Source of the DNA: Bryobacterales bacterium
GTDB lineage: Bacteria > Acidobacteriota > Terriglobia > Bryobacterales > UBA6623
Length of the DNA stretch: 64,000 nucleotides
Direction of reading: 5' to 3'
Assembly (NCBI GenBank): GCA_963422375.2
Contig: OY729428.2
Location: 2,464,001-2,528,000 of the forward strand
Shown here: one piece after another, positions 9,201 through 20,100 of the stretch
How the letters are laid out: each line of letters begins with the position of its first letter
Numbering within the stretch: the first letter of the stretch is position 1
Program-made: the position numbers and the translations under genes
Notes under the pieces: model-generated
Database searches by the model: none
Told to the model about the DNA's origin: nothing
The model's input: the letters and a program-made list of their open reading frames with translations, nothing else

Positions 9201-9539
9201 CCCCCTTGGGCCGCCGTCTCAGTCCAGGCCGGGCGTGGCCGCGACCCGTCTCGAGGGGCTGCGACAACACTCAAGTGTCGCTACCAGACGGCGTGCGCGC
9301 GCGTTGCCGGGCAGCTTGGAATTCTCCTCGTCGAACGGCGGGGATGCCGCTGGCAAGCCATGCCGAGCGCGCCGACGGGCGCGGGGCGGATCGCAACGGA
9401 CTCGGTGTCAGTCGACGCTTGAGAGCTGGCTCGGCCCCTAGGCGATTCCCCGACGCAAGGCATCCGACGCTACAGGCGCCCGCGCAGCGGCCCGAGCCTC
9501 GGGCTCCGGCAAAGTGCGGACGCGGGACGGAAAACGCCG

Positions 9540-9567
9540 GGAACCGAATCGAATCCGCGGTGTCAAT
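9540..9567 (+). promoter_or_regulatory. Putative ECF (sigma-E type) promoter
   Basis: GGAACC-N16-GTCAAT about 80 bp upstream of the ECF sigma gene. Confidence 0.6.
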
Positions 9568-9647
9568 GACACCGCGGCAGGATCGCCCAGCCGGTCGAGT
9601 GCGGGGGATCAACGCACGGTGCTACGCTGTTGCCGAACAACCGAATC

Positions 9648-10292
9648 ATGAGCCGAGATCTGCTTGCTCAGCACGGCCCGTCGGCCCGGGACCCCGATGC
9701 CAGCCTCGTGCGAGACCTCAAGTGCGGTACGCCGGAAGGCTTCCGCGAACTCCTGTCCCGCTATCAGAACTCCATCTTCGCCTATGTCGCCCACCTGATC
9801 AACGACCCCGTCGAGGCGGAGGACGTCACCCAAGACGTCTTCGTCAAGGTGTTCCGCAAGATCGGCGGCTTCCGCGAGGATTGCAGTTTCAAGACTTGGC
9901 TGTACCGCATCGCGGCCAACGAGTCATCCAACCGGCGACGCTGGTTTTCGCGGCATCGCTCGCGCAATTTGCCCGACGCCGCGGGCCCGAATGACCCAGG
10001 CTTCGCCGCGAGGCTTGCCGACCCGCGAGGAAGCCCATTCGAGCAGGTCCAGCACCGCGAGCACCGCCAGATCCTCAACGAGGCGCTGCAGGCCTTGGAC
10101 CCGCGCTTCAGGGAAGCGGTCGTGCTTCGCGACATTGCCGGCTTCAGCTACAACGAAGTCGCCGAAACCCTCGGGATTTCGATGGGAACGGTCAAGTCGC
10201 GGATTCTCCGGGGACGGGAAGCGCTCAAGCGGCACCTGCTGCGCAGCGCCCCCTCGGTCGTGGCGCATGGCGTGAGATGGCAGACGGAGTAG
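9648..10292 (+). CDS. ECF sigma factor, RpoE/SigW-like
   Basis: AEDVTQDVFVKVFR, SFKTWLYRIA and FSYNEVAETLGISMGTVKSRILRGR. The start may instead be TTG 9630. Confidence 0.95.
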   Translation: MSRDLLAQHGPSARDPDASLVRDLKCGTPEGFRELLSRYQNSIFAYVAHLINDPVEAEDVTQDVFVKVFRKIGGFREDCSFKTWLYRIAANESSNRRRWFSRHRSRNLPDAAGPNDPGFAARLADPRGSPFEQVQHREHRQILNEALQALDPRFREAVVLRDIAGFSYNEVAETLGISMGTVKSRILRGREALKRHLLRSAPSVVAHGVRWQTE

Positions 10293-10296
10293 GACG

Positions 10297-10968
10297 ATGC
10301 ACTGCGCTTGGGTCGGAAGAAGAATCGACCGGTACGTCGAGGCCGGCCTCGGCTCGCTGGAGGGAGCGCTGCTGCGGTTTCACCTCGCTCGCTGCGCCCG
10401 CTGCATGAAGCGCTACGAGGGCCGAGAAGTGATCGGCGGCCTGCTGGCCAACATCGCCAGGCCGCGGCCGTCCCGGAATCTAGAGGTGAGAATCCTCAGC
10501 GCGATTTCGACCGAGGAGCTGCGAAAGTCCCAGCCAGGCCTCCGCTGGATCAGGGCGCGAGTGCGGCTGGGCAACCTAGTCCGGCCCGTCGCGGTTCCGG
10601 CGGTCGGCGGACTGCTTCTGGCGCTGGCGATGGTGCCGACGCTGCTTTCCGTGTTCTGGATGGAGCCGACGGCCTACGCCAACGACGTTCCCGTGAGGTT
10701 CCTCGCCCAGCCGGTCTTCACCGCGCCCGTGATGACGCTGCCCTCGCCGTTTCCGGTGTCAAGGGATCTGATCGTGCTGGCGTACATCGACCACCGCGGC
10801 GGGGTCTACGACTACTGGGTGGCGAGCGACGAGCCGCTCGACAGCCGGGTTCGCGGCCAGATCGCCAACGCCCTCCTCACGAGCAAGTTCGCGCCCGCCC
10901 AGCGCCTCGGCCAGCCGATCCTCGGACAGAGGGTCATTCTCTTCCAGCGCGTCGACAGCCAGGCCTAG
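10297..10968 (+). CDS. Anti-sigma factor with zf-HC2 (HxxxCxxC) motif and one transmembrane helix
   Basis: FHLARCARC, hydrophobic segment VPAVGGLLLALAMV, immediately downstream of the sigma gene. Confidence 0.85.
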   Translation: MHCAWVGRRIDRYVEAGLGSLEGALLRFHLARCARCMKRYEGREVIGGLLANIARPRPSRNLEVRILSAISTEELRKSQPGLRWIRARVRLGNLVRPVAVPAVGGLLLALAMVPTLLSVFWMEPTAYANDVPVRFLAQPVFTAPVMTLPSPFPVSRDLIVLAYIDHRGGVYDYWVASDEPLDSRVRGQIANALLTSKFAPAQRLGQPILGQRVILFQRVDSQA

Positions 10969-11056
10969 GGCGCGGGCAGGCCGAGGGCTGCGCACGGTCG
11001 GCCGCGACGCGCCATTGCAATCCCGGCGCGGCTGTCTCAATATGGAGAGTTCACCG

Positions 11057-11881
11057 ATGTCGAAGCCGCGCATGTGCCCGCATTGCCGGGCCTTCATCGA
11101 CAGCAAGCAGAGGACCTGCGAGTACTGCGGCAATCCCCTGCCGATGACGGCGAGCCGCCGGCTGAGGCGCGAGGAGAGGGTGCGGCGGGCCGGAAGCCAG
11201 GTGGGCTTCACGACGATGATCCTGCTACTGATCAACGCCGGGCTCTTCGCCGCTTCGTGGATCCTGACGATGCGCCTCGTGGGCAGCAGCGGCTTTCTCG
11301 GGAGCATCGACGGCAACGTCCTGCACATGCTGGGCGGAAAGTTCAGCTTCTCGATCCAAGTGCGCGGCGAGTGGTGGCGGCTGATCACCGCGAACTTCCT
11401 GCACGGCGGGCTGCTGCATCTCGGATTCAATTCGATGTCGCTGTTCAACCTCGGACCTCTCGCGGAAGAAATCTTCGGCACGTCGAGATACCTGGTGCTC
11501 TATCTCGCGACGGGCTTCTGCGGGTTCGTAGCCAGCACCTTCTGGTCGGACTCGCTCTCGATCGGGGCGTCGGCGTCGATCTGCGGCCTGATCGGGGCCA
11601 TGTACGCATTCGGGCGCATCAACTCGATGTCCCAGCTCCGGAGCGTCGCCCTGCGCTGGATCGTCGCCATCGCCATCTTCGGCGTTCTCTTCAGCGGCAT
11701 CGACAACGCCGCGCACCTCGGCGGCCTAGCGGCCGGATTCGGCTTCGCCTACCTGTGCGGCTCTCCCGGCCGCGACTCGGACAGGGAAGCCATCTGGCGC
11801 GGTATCTCGATCGGCGCGGGCGCCGTGACGGTCGCGGCCTTCTTCTTCGCCTATCAGAATTTCGCTAGCGCAACTTCGTAG
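11057..11881 (+). CDS. Rhomboid intramembrane serine protease with N-terminal zinc ribbon
   Basis: CPHC...CEYCG, EWWRLITANFLH, HLGFN, GAS and AHLGG motifs. Confidence 0.92.
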   Translation: MSKPRMCPHCRAFIDSKQRTCEYCGNPLPMTASRRLRREERVRRAGSQVGFTTMILLLINAGLFAASWILTMRLVGSSGFLGSIDGNVLHMLGGKFSFSIQVRGEWWRLITANFLHGGLLHLGFNSMSLFNLGPLAEEIFGTSRYLVLYLATGFCGFVASTFWSDSLSIGASASICGLIGAMYAFGRINSMSQLRSVALRWIVAIAIFGVLFSGIDNAAHLGGLAAGFGFAYLCGSPGRDSDREAIWRGISIGAGAVTVAAFFFAYQNFASATS

Positions 11882-12666
11882 GGCCTTCTCGCAGCCCCGA
11901 AGCGGGCTTCACGGATGCAAGTCCGTGCCGCTCGACGCCCCGGCCAGGACATGGGGCTGGTGGCCGTCAACGATCGAGACGCCGCTGATCCGTCGCGAAG
12001 GGCCTCGACCGCCGCCCTGAGCTTCGCCTCCATGCCGCCCACGGCCACCCCGCGCTCGATCAAGGCCTCCGCCTCGACCGCTGCCAGCGCCGGGATCCTC
12101 CTGCCGTCGGCGTCGAGCACGCCTCCGACGTCGGTCAGGAACACCAGCCGGTCCACGCGGAGCGCCGTGGCGCAAGCGGCCGCCATCTGGTCAGCGTTGA
12201 CGTTGTAGATCGCACCGTTCGCGCCGCCGGCGATGCAGGCAACCGCCGGCAGGTACCCCCGGTCGGCCAGCTGGTCCAGCAGCGTCGGGTCCACCCGCTC
12301 GACCTTGCCGACCAAGCCGAGCTCGGGATCGAGCTGCGAGGCCTGCACCGTGCCGGCGTCGATGCCGGTCAGGCCTACGGCCTTCAGGCCCGCTCGCTGG
12401 AGGTCCGCGACCAGCTGCCGGTTGACGGATCCGGCCAGCACTCGCAGGACGGCGTCCAGAATCTCCGGGGGAGTGACCCGGAGGCCCCGCCGGAACTCGC
12501 TCTTGTGATCGAGGCCCGACAGGTACCGGCTGAGCCGCTTGCCGCCCCCGTGGACCACGACCACCCGGTGGCCTCGATCCGCGAGCCCCTTGAGCTGGCC
12601 GGCTAGGGACGCCCTCCTCCCGGCGGTCTCCAGCAGCGTGCCGCCGAGCTTGACCAGCAGTCTCAT
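11854..12666 (-). CDS. argB: Acetylglutamate kinase, with an apparent frameshift near the C-terminus
   Basis: VKLGG, VVHGGG, GLRVT, NVNAD, LTDVGGV and GGMEAK motifs. Downstream of argC. Confidence 0.93.
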   Translation of the reverse strand: MRLLVKLGGTLLETAGRRASLAGQLKGLADRGHRVVVVHGGGKRLSRYLSGLDHKSEFRRGLRVTPPEILDAVLRVLAGSVNRQLVADLQRAGLKAVGLTGIDAGTVQASQLDPELGLVGKVERVDPTLLDQLADRGYLPAVACIAGGANGAIYNVNADQMAAACATALRVDRLVFLTDVGGVLDADGRRIPALAAVEAEALIERGVAVGGMEAKLRAAVEALRDGSAASRSLTATSPMSWPGRRAARTCIREARFGAARRPYEVALAKF

Positions 12667-12682
12667 CGGGAGCGACCCGCCC

Positions 12683-13705
12683 CTAGGCGGGAGAGCCGTC
12701 GAGCAGGCCGCCGGTCTCGGGATACCCCAGCAGCAGGTTCATGTTCTGCACGGCCTGGCCGGCGGCCCCCTTGACGAGGTTGTCGATCGCCGCGACGATC
12801 ACGACTCGCCGGCTAGCGGCATCGACACGGAAGCCGATGTCGCAGAAATTCGTGCCCCGGATGCCGCGCAGGTCCGGCAGGCGGCCTTCGGGATACAGGC
12901 GCACGAACGGCTCGTCGCGGTAGTACTTTTGGTAGACGGCCCGCAGGTCGCTCCATTTGACGGGCTCGGCCGACCGCACGTAGATGGTTTCCAGGATGCC
13001 TCGATGCATTGGCAGCAGCTGCGCGGTGAAGCTCAGCTCGTGCTCGTCCAGATCGGTCGTGTGCAGAATCTCGGGCACATGCCGGTGCTCCAAAGCCGCG
13101 TAGGCGGAGAAGTTCTCGGTGACCTCGCAAAAGTGCGTCTTGAGCGAAGGCTTGCGCCCCGCCCCGCTCACGCCCGACTTGGCGTCGCAGACAACGCCCG
13201 CGGCATGGTCCACCACCGCCTCGACGATGAGCGGGCGCAGGCTCAGGCTGGCCGCCGTGGGATAGCAGCCGGGATTGGCCACCAGCGTCGAGATCTTCAC
13301 GAGTTCCCGGAAGAATTCCGGGAGGCCGTAGGCCGCGTCGGCGAGCAGTTCCGGGCAGGTATGCGTGACCCCGTACCAGCGCTGGCAGTTCAGCGACGTC
13401 CGCAGGCGGAAGGCCCCGCTGAGGTCCACGCAGCGGACCCCGGCGTCCAGGACCCACGGCGCGGCCTCCATCGAGACCTCGAGCGAGGTCGCGAGGAAAG
13501 CCACCTCGATGCCCTCGTCGCGCAGCGCCTGCGGCTCGAACGGAATCCGGGGGGAGTTCTCGCCTAACGGCAGCTCGGCCTCGCGCACGGCTCGATGCTC
13601 GAGCAGGACCGGGTCGGCATGCGGATGCGCCTTCAGCAGGCGCAGAAGTTCCGCCCCGCTGTACCCGGTGAAACCCGCGATTCCGACCCTTGCGCGCCTA
13701 GCCAC
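12683..13705 (-). CDS. argC: N-acetyl-gamma-glutamyl-phosphate reductase
   Basis: GFTGYSG, DLSGAFR, ANPGCYPT, SGVSGAGR and DNLVKGAAGQAVQNMN. Confidence 0.98.
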   Translation of the reverse strand: MARRARVGIAGFTGYSGAELLRLLKAHPHADPVLLEHRAVREAELPLGENSPRIPFEPQALRDEGIEVAFLATSLEVSMEAAPWVLDAGVRCVDLSGAFRLRTSLNCQRWYGVTHTCPELLADAAYGLPEFFRELVKISTLVANPGCYPTAASLSLRPLIVEAVVDHAAGVVCDAKSGVSGAGRKPSLKTHFCEVTENFSAYAALEHRHVPEILHTTDLDEHELSFTAQLLPMHRGILETIYVRSAEPVKWSDLRAVYQKYYRDEPFVRLYPEGRLPDLRGIRGTNFCDIGFRVDAASRRVVIVAAIDNLVKGAAGQAVQNMNLLLGYPETGGLLDGSPA

Positions 13706-13774
13706 CGGCCAGCACCCCCGCTAGCTTGATGGTAGCGAGGACCGCCGGGGCAGCGAGCTCCCGGCGGGTTCCCG

Positions 13775-14734
13775 CTAGACGTCGCAAAGCCGGACCGCCT
13801 GCTTCAGCGAGTCGAGCGGGTCCTGGGTCGGGATGAACTCGTGACCCACGCACCCCTGGTAGCCGGTCTCGGCAAGGGCCTCCATCACCGACGGGTAGTG
13901 AATCTCCTGCCGCAGGTGGAGCTCGTTGCGACCGGGATTACCCGCCGTATGCACGTGCCCGATCAGGTCCTTCATCTCCCCGATGCGTCGGATCACGTCG
14001 CCGTTCATGATCTGCACGTGATAGACGTCGAACAGCAGCTTCGCCCGGGGCGACGCGACCTCCCGGATGATGTCGGCGCAGTAGTCTATGTCGTCTCCCT
14101 GGTAGCCGGGATGCCCCTTCATGGGGTGCGAGGCGTCGCGTGTGTTGAGCATCTCCAAGCAGACGGTCACGCCCTTCTCCTCGCCGTAGGCGGCGAGTTC
14201 CCGCAGGCCCTCGATCGTATTCCTAGCACCCTCCTCGCGGGAGATCTCCCCGCTTGCCGGGTCCTCTGGATCCTGCCACTTATAGCCGTTGAACGCGATC
14301 ACGCTGGGGACGCCCTCCGCGGAGCAGGCGTCCATGACCGTCTTGGTCACCTCGATCACCTGCTGCTGGTGCCGGGGATTGTTCAGCCCCTTCACGAATG
14401 GCGGTCCGGGCATCCCGTTGCTGGCGATCGCGCAGGTCAGCCCGTGCTCTCGCACCGTCGCCCACTGCTCGGGCGCGAGCAGCTCGACGCTCTTGAGGCC
14501 GAGGCCTGCCGCATGGCCCGCCAGCGTGTCGAGGTCCCAGGCCCATTCGGAGGTCTCGAAGCACCAGAAGCAAACGGAGTGCCGGATTCGTTCGCTCGAG
14601 GCGCGGGTCCACTGTTCCTCCGAGCCGGCCGGCGCGTCGCCGCCGCATGCTCCCAGCGTCGCGACGCCGGCCGCGCCGCCGCATCCGAGGAGAGTCCGGC
14701 GGGTCATGTCGCCGTCGTGTCGACCGGTAGCCAT
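13775..14734 (-). CDS. Tat-exported hydroxypyruvate isomerase-like TIM-barrel protein
   Basis: TRRTLL twin-arginine signal. CLEMLN, LLFDVYHVQIMNGD, HVHTAGNPGR and VGHEFIP. Confidence 0.88.
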   Translation of the reverse strand: MATGRHDGDMTRRTLLGCGGAAGVATLGACGGDAPAGSEEQWTRASSERIRHSVCFWCFETSEWAWDLDTLAGHAAGLGLKSVELLAPEQWATVREHGLTCAIASNGMPGPPFVKGLNNPRHQQQVIEVTKTVMDACSAEGVPSVIAFNGYKWQDPEDPASGEISREEGARNTIEGLRELAAYGEEKGVTVCLEMLNTRDASHPMKGHPGYQGDDIDYCADIIREVASPRAKLLFDVYHVQIMNGDVIRRIGEMKDLIGHVHTAGNPGRNELHLRQEIHYPSVMEALAETGYQGCVGHEFIPTQDPLDSLKQAVRLCDV

Positions 14735-15171
14735 GGAGCGTGCCTCCTGTGTCGCGCAGCAGCCCCGTGAGGGGGGCGCATTGACTCAGTCTGATGCCTG
14801 CGGCCATGCAATTGCAACCGGGCGCGCCCGCGCGGGGCCGCCGGACGCCCCGAGACACGGGCGGCCAGCCGGTCGACCGTGTGCTCTAGCGGCATGACGG
14901 TCGAGCCGTATTGCCGCGGGCCCCTGTATCTGACCGGCGTGTCGAATCGCAGATCGAGTCCTGCGGGCACATCAGCTAGCGACCGTCGGAGCCTAGCCGA
15001 GTGGCGGAGGGTCAGAAGGTCGTGAGGCACGTCCAAGGAAGCGGGGAGAACGGGATGTCGCCGCAGCGGCGCGACAGGAACAGGCGCGGCGAAGCGATCT
15101 GAATGGCGCGCGGGCGCCCAGCCCGACAATCACCCCGCGAAGTCCAAGCGGCGCTGCGCGCCGCGGCGACG

Positions 15172-16812
15172 CTAGCGGGCCTCGGTGACAACGGTGATCT
15201 CGTTCACCGGGACTCCCTCCACCGTCTGGGTGTGTCCGCTCGGCCAGTCGACTTGGATGGTCACCGGCTCGGTCTCGCCGCCCAGCCCGAAGTGAAGCGG
15301 CCGCAGGCTCGAGGACGCATAGCCCACGGCGCTCTTCATCCAGCGGGTCTGCCTCCCGACGCGCGCCACCGCACCGAGCGCATTCGCGTTGCACCGGGTC
15401 CCAGCCAGCCGTAGAGCCACCCAGTTCCCCGCCCCAGGGGTCGAGTTGCGCAGGATCCGCGCCGGCTCGCCGAGGGCGCTCGCCACTGCATCGAGCAGGC
15501 CGTCGCCGTCGAAGTCCGCGACGGCGAGCCCCCTGTGCGCGCCGGGGGCGCTGATCTCGGTGGACTCGGCGAACTTCCCCGACGCGCTGCGGAAGACCGT
15601 GACGGGCTGCCGGTATGCGAAGGGCTCGAAGTGCGCAACCTGGTCGTTGACGTGCGAATTGGCCGTGAGGAGGTCCAGCCAACCGTCGTTGTCGAAATCG
15701 GCGAATGCGTTGCCCCAGCCCGCGAAGCGGCGCGACGCCTTGGCGAGGCCGCTCGCCACCGTGGCGTCGCGGAAGGCCCCGCCGGCCCCGCCCCGGAACA
15801 GCGGGAAGGTCTCGTTGCTCAGGGCCGTCACGGAGAGGTCCGCGAGTCCGTCCCGGTCGAAGTCCCCGACATCGACCCCCATCGAGGCCACCGGCCTCCC
15901 GTGATCCAGCAGGGCCGCCCCGGACAGCAGCGCATCCTCCGAGAACGCGCCGTCCCCGAGGTTCGCGAACAGGAAGTTGGGCAGGTTGTCGTTCGTAACG
16001 AAGGCGTCCTGGCGGCCGTCCCCGTCAAAGTCGGCGAACGCGACGCTCATGCCCCGTCCCTCGTGAGCGGCGATGCCGGACCCGACGGTGACATCCTCGA
16101 ACCTCCCGCCACCGCGATTCCTGTACAGGCGGTTGGCGACCGGCGTCAGGTACTTCGGATGGCAGTAGACCCGGATGCCGCGCTCGCGGTCGCCGCAGTA
16201 CCGGTCGAAGTCCGGGGTCCAGTCGGCGTAATTGACCACGAAGAGGTCAAGCAGCCGGTCGCCGTCGTAATCGAACCAGCCGGCGGCCACCGCCCATTCC
16301 GCGCTCGTGATGCCCGAATCCGCCGTGACGTCCTCGAAGCTGCCGTCGCCCCGGTTGCGGTAGAGGATGCTGCGGAAAACGCCGGCGACGAACAGGTCGG
16401 CGTCCCCGTCATTGTCGTAGTCGGCGGCGGCGGCTCCCATCGAATACCCTTGCCCGGCCAGACCGGTTTCGTCTGTCATGTCGGCGAAGCGCATGCCCCC
16501 TAGATTGCGGTACAGGCGGTTGTAGTAGGAGGGTGACGACTTTTCCAAGGCGCCCCGATCCGCGCCGTTGGCGAAGAAGACATCCAGCCGCCCGTCGCCG
16601 TCGGAATCGAAGACCGCGACTCCCCCCGCCATCGTCTCGATCATGCGCTTCTCGGGAGTGGGCTCGTGACGCAACGTGAACCGGACGCCGGAATCCGGAC
16701 CAGCTTCCTCGAACCGAACCTGCGCCGCGGCTCGCTCGACAGCGGGCGGGCCGTGCAGCGAGAGGGCCGCGCCGAGGAGCAACCACCGGAGACGCTCGCG
16801 CAAGCAGGGCAC
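15172..16812 (-). CDS. CRTAC1-family protein (FG-GAP repeats plus ASPIC/UnbV domain)
   Basis: Repeated DxDxDG motifs, ETMAGGVAVFD, C-terminal LHFGLG...WPSG. Confidence 0.92.
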   Translation of the reverse strand: MPCLRERLRWLLLGAALSLHGPPAVERAAAQVRFEEAGPDSGVRFTLRHEPTPEKRMIETMAGGVAVFDSDGDGRLDVFFANGADRGALEKSSPSYYNRLYRNLGGMRFADMTDETGLAGQGYSMGAAAADYDNDGDADLFVAGVFRSILYRNRGDGSFEDVTADSGITSAEWAVAAGWFDYDGDRLLDLFVVNYADWTPDFDRYCGDRERGIRVYCHPKYLTPVANRLYRNRGGGRFEDVTVGSGIAAHEGRGMSVAFADFDGDGRQDAFVTNDNLPNFLFANLGDGAFSEDALLSGAALLDHGRPVASMGVDVGDFDRDGLADLSVTALSNETFPLFRGGAGGAFRDATVASGLAKASRRFAGWGNAFADFDNDGWLDLLTANSHVNDQVAHFEPFAYRQPVTVFRSASGKFAESTEISAPGAHRGLAVADFDGDGLLDAVASALGEPARILRNSTPGAGNWVALRLAGTRCNANALGAVARVGRQTRWMKSAVGYASSSLRPLHFGLGGETEPVTIQVDWPSGHTQTVEGVPVNEITVVTEAR

Positions 16813-17111
16813 GTCTCAGAGTAATCCGGCCGCGGCCCGTTAGGCCCGCGCCCGCCGCGCGCGAGGCCGTCGCCGCCGCGAGCAGACATCGCGTCGACAC
16901 GGGCCTTCCTGATCGGGGTTCGCACCGCAAGGCCCAATCTTTCAATGGTTTAGAGTCTCCGTTTGACATCCGGAGCGGGGCGTGCGACTGTAGGAAGTCA
17001 TCAGCTCTCGTGACCGTCCGGGGCGGGTCTGAAACGCCAAACGACGGGCTGGGTTGGGGCGATAAGGTTTCACGAGGCCCGTCGCACGTGTCATCGTTGG
17101 AGGGAAATTTC

Positions 17112-20100
17112 ATGACCAAATCCACTTCCGGTTTCCGGAGGTCGGTAGTACTCCTCGCCGTCGCGGTGCTCGCTTGCGCCGCGCCGTCTTCAGGCCAAGT
17201 GCTCTACGGCTCGCTCGTGGGCATCGTCACGGACGGAACAGGGGCCGTCGTGCCCGGCGCGGAGATCTCGGCAGTGAGCAACGCGACCGGACTAGAGCTC
17301 AGCACGAGCTCCGGCGCGGATGGGCTCTTCCGCATCGTCAACGTGCAGGTGGGCGGCTACGACGTCTCCTTGACGTCCGAGGGCTTCCGGACCCACACGG
17401 CGGCGAACGTGAGCGTCACCGCGAACGAAGTGACCCGCGTAGACGTGGAGCTTGTCCTCGGGCAGGTGACCGAGCAGGTCACGGTGGAAGCGTCCGCCGC
17501 GCAGCTGCAGACCGAGAAGGCCGATACCCGCGCCGAGATCAGCCAAGAGGCCATCACGAACTTCCCGCTGCCGGCGTTCCGAAACTACCAGAGCCTCGTC
17601 AACCTAGTGCCGGGCGCGACCCCGGCCCGCTTCCAGAACTCGATTCTCGACACGCCGGCCCGCGCGCTGAGCACGAACGTGAACGGCACGAACCGGAACA
17701 ACAACGTGACTCGCATCGACGGCGCAGCCAGCATCAACGTGTGGCTGCCCCACCACGCCGGCTACATCGCTCCCGCCGAGACCATCGAGGAAGTGTCGAT
17801 CACCACGGGCTCGGGCGACGCCGAGCAGGGGCTCTCCGGCGGGGCCTCGACGACCGTCATCACCAAGTCCGGGACAAACGACCTGCACGGCTCGGCGTTC
17901 TGGTTCCACGACAACTCGAGCATGCGCGCGCGCAACTACTTCGCCAAGTCGATTCCCGAGAGCAATTTCAACAACGCCGGCGCCACTATCGGCGGGCCGA
18001 TCCAGAGCAACAAGCTGTTCTACTTCTTCAGCTTCGACAACACGTCGCAGAACGTCGCCGGCGTGCGAACCGGCGACGAAGTCCCGACCGCCGACCAAAG
18101 AAACGGAGACTTCAGCGCCTACTTCCCGGCGACGGTGATCTACGACCCGTACTCGGGCACGCCGGACGGTACCGGTCGCGAGCCCTTCCAGAACAACCAG
18201 ATTCCGCGCGCCCTGCAGGACGAGATCGCCCGGACGGTACAGGGCTACTACCCGGAGCCGAACCAGCCCGGCACGAACAACAATTTCCACTCAGAGGCAT
18301 CGCCGCCGTTCGACAGGGCCTACTACGACACCAAGATCAACGTCAACGTCACCCAGGACTACAGGATGTGGTTCAAGCACGGGCTGATGGACGCGCCGGT
18401 GTCGGGCTCCCCGATCTTCGGCGAGGCGGGCGGCCCGGCAGCGGGCGGCAGCCCCGGCAACGCCGAGACGCTCGTCAACCTAGCGACCTTCGGGCACAAC
18501 TACATCTTCACGCCGACGCTCCTCTACGACGGCGTCTTCGGATTCTGGCGCCAGGACCAGTCGGTCTATCCGTCGGACTTCGGGAAGGACTTCAACCTCG
18601 GCATCCCAGGCGTCGGCGGGCCGGACCCCCGCCAGAAGGGCTTCCCGAACATCCATCCCGGCTACACCTGGCTCGGCTCGCCCGGGTGGCAGCCGCTCGA
18701 GCGCGTCGAGGAGAACTGGACAACCAGCCAGAACTTCACATTCATCCGGGGAGCGCATCAGGTTCGATTCGGCTTCGACGGGATCCTGCTCAAGCTCAGT
18801 CACTGGCAGCCCGAGTTGGGCGGCGGCCCGCGGGGTAATATCCACTTCAACGGCGACGTCACCGCGCTCAAGGGAGGCGATATCGCGCCCGATCAGTACA
18901 ACACCTACGCGGCCTTCCTGCTGGGCCAGTCCTCGCGCATGCGCAAGGCGATCCAGCACGTGCTGGCCACCGGGGCCGAATGGCAGTTCGCGAGCTACGT
19001 CACGGACCGCTGGCAGGTCTCGAGGAACGTGACGGTCAATCTCGGCCTGCGCTACGAGTACTACCCCCTGATGTCCCGCGCCGGCGGCAAGGGCATCGAG
19101 CGCTACGACCCGTTCACCAACAAGATGTACATGGGCGGTCGCGGCGGCACTCCCAAGAATGCCGGCATCGAGGTCAGCAAGGCCCTGTTCTCGCCGCGCG
19201 GCGGCATCGCTTACCGCGTCGACGACAAGACGGTGGTCCGGACGGGATTCGGCCTCAACTACAGCCCGATGCCGTTCTCGCGCCCCATGCGGGGCCAGTA
19301 CCCGCTCACGGTCGCCTTCGACTTCCAGCGAGACAACACCTTCACCCTCTTCCGCACGTTCTCCGACGGCATCCCGCCCGTGGTCGGGCCGGACGTGGAC
19401 CAAGGCGTGATTGACGTGCCGCTAACCGCCGGATTCCGCAGCCCTTACGAGGGCACGCTGAACCGGGGCTACATCGCGTCGTGGAACTTTACCGTCGAGC
19501 GCGAGCTGCCCGGTCAGATCTTCACCTCGGTCGGTTACGTGGCCACGCGGTCCGTCGACATGCTGGCCGACCGGGACATCAACGCGTCCCGCCCCGGCGA
19601 AGGCAACGCCGGCCGCCCGTGGGCGCACGTGGCCGGACGCAAGCAGAACATCAACATGTGGGATAGCTATCTCAACTCGGACTATCAATCGCTGCAGCTC
19701 GCGATCAACCGGGCGGTCGGCGACGGGCTGATGCTCAAGGGGGCGTACACCTGGTCAAAGGCGATTAACATGGCCGACGACGAGGGCTGGGCCGGCGTCT
19801 GGTGGGACCATGAGGACGTGTTCATGCGGAACCGCGCACGTGCCGGCTACGACCGGACGCAGATGTTCCAGATGGGATTCGTCTACGAGCTTCCGTTCCT
19901 GAAGAACAACAACTCGGCAGCAGGCCGAATCCTAGGAAACTGGCAGGTTAGCGGTGTCACCGCCCTATTCACCGGAACGCCTAGGTCGATCAGGGCGTCT
20001 AGCAGCTCGCTCAACGCGGCGAGCGCAGTGCAGACAGCGGATCAAGTCGGCGCGATCAGGAAGATCGGGGCTACCGGCCCCGGCCAGCACTACTACGATC

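Noticed and set aside
14770..15170. Intergenic gap as a possible ncRNA
   Set aside because: No recognisable RNA motif, terminator or repeat by eye.
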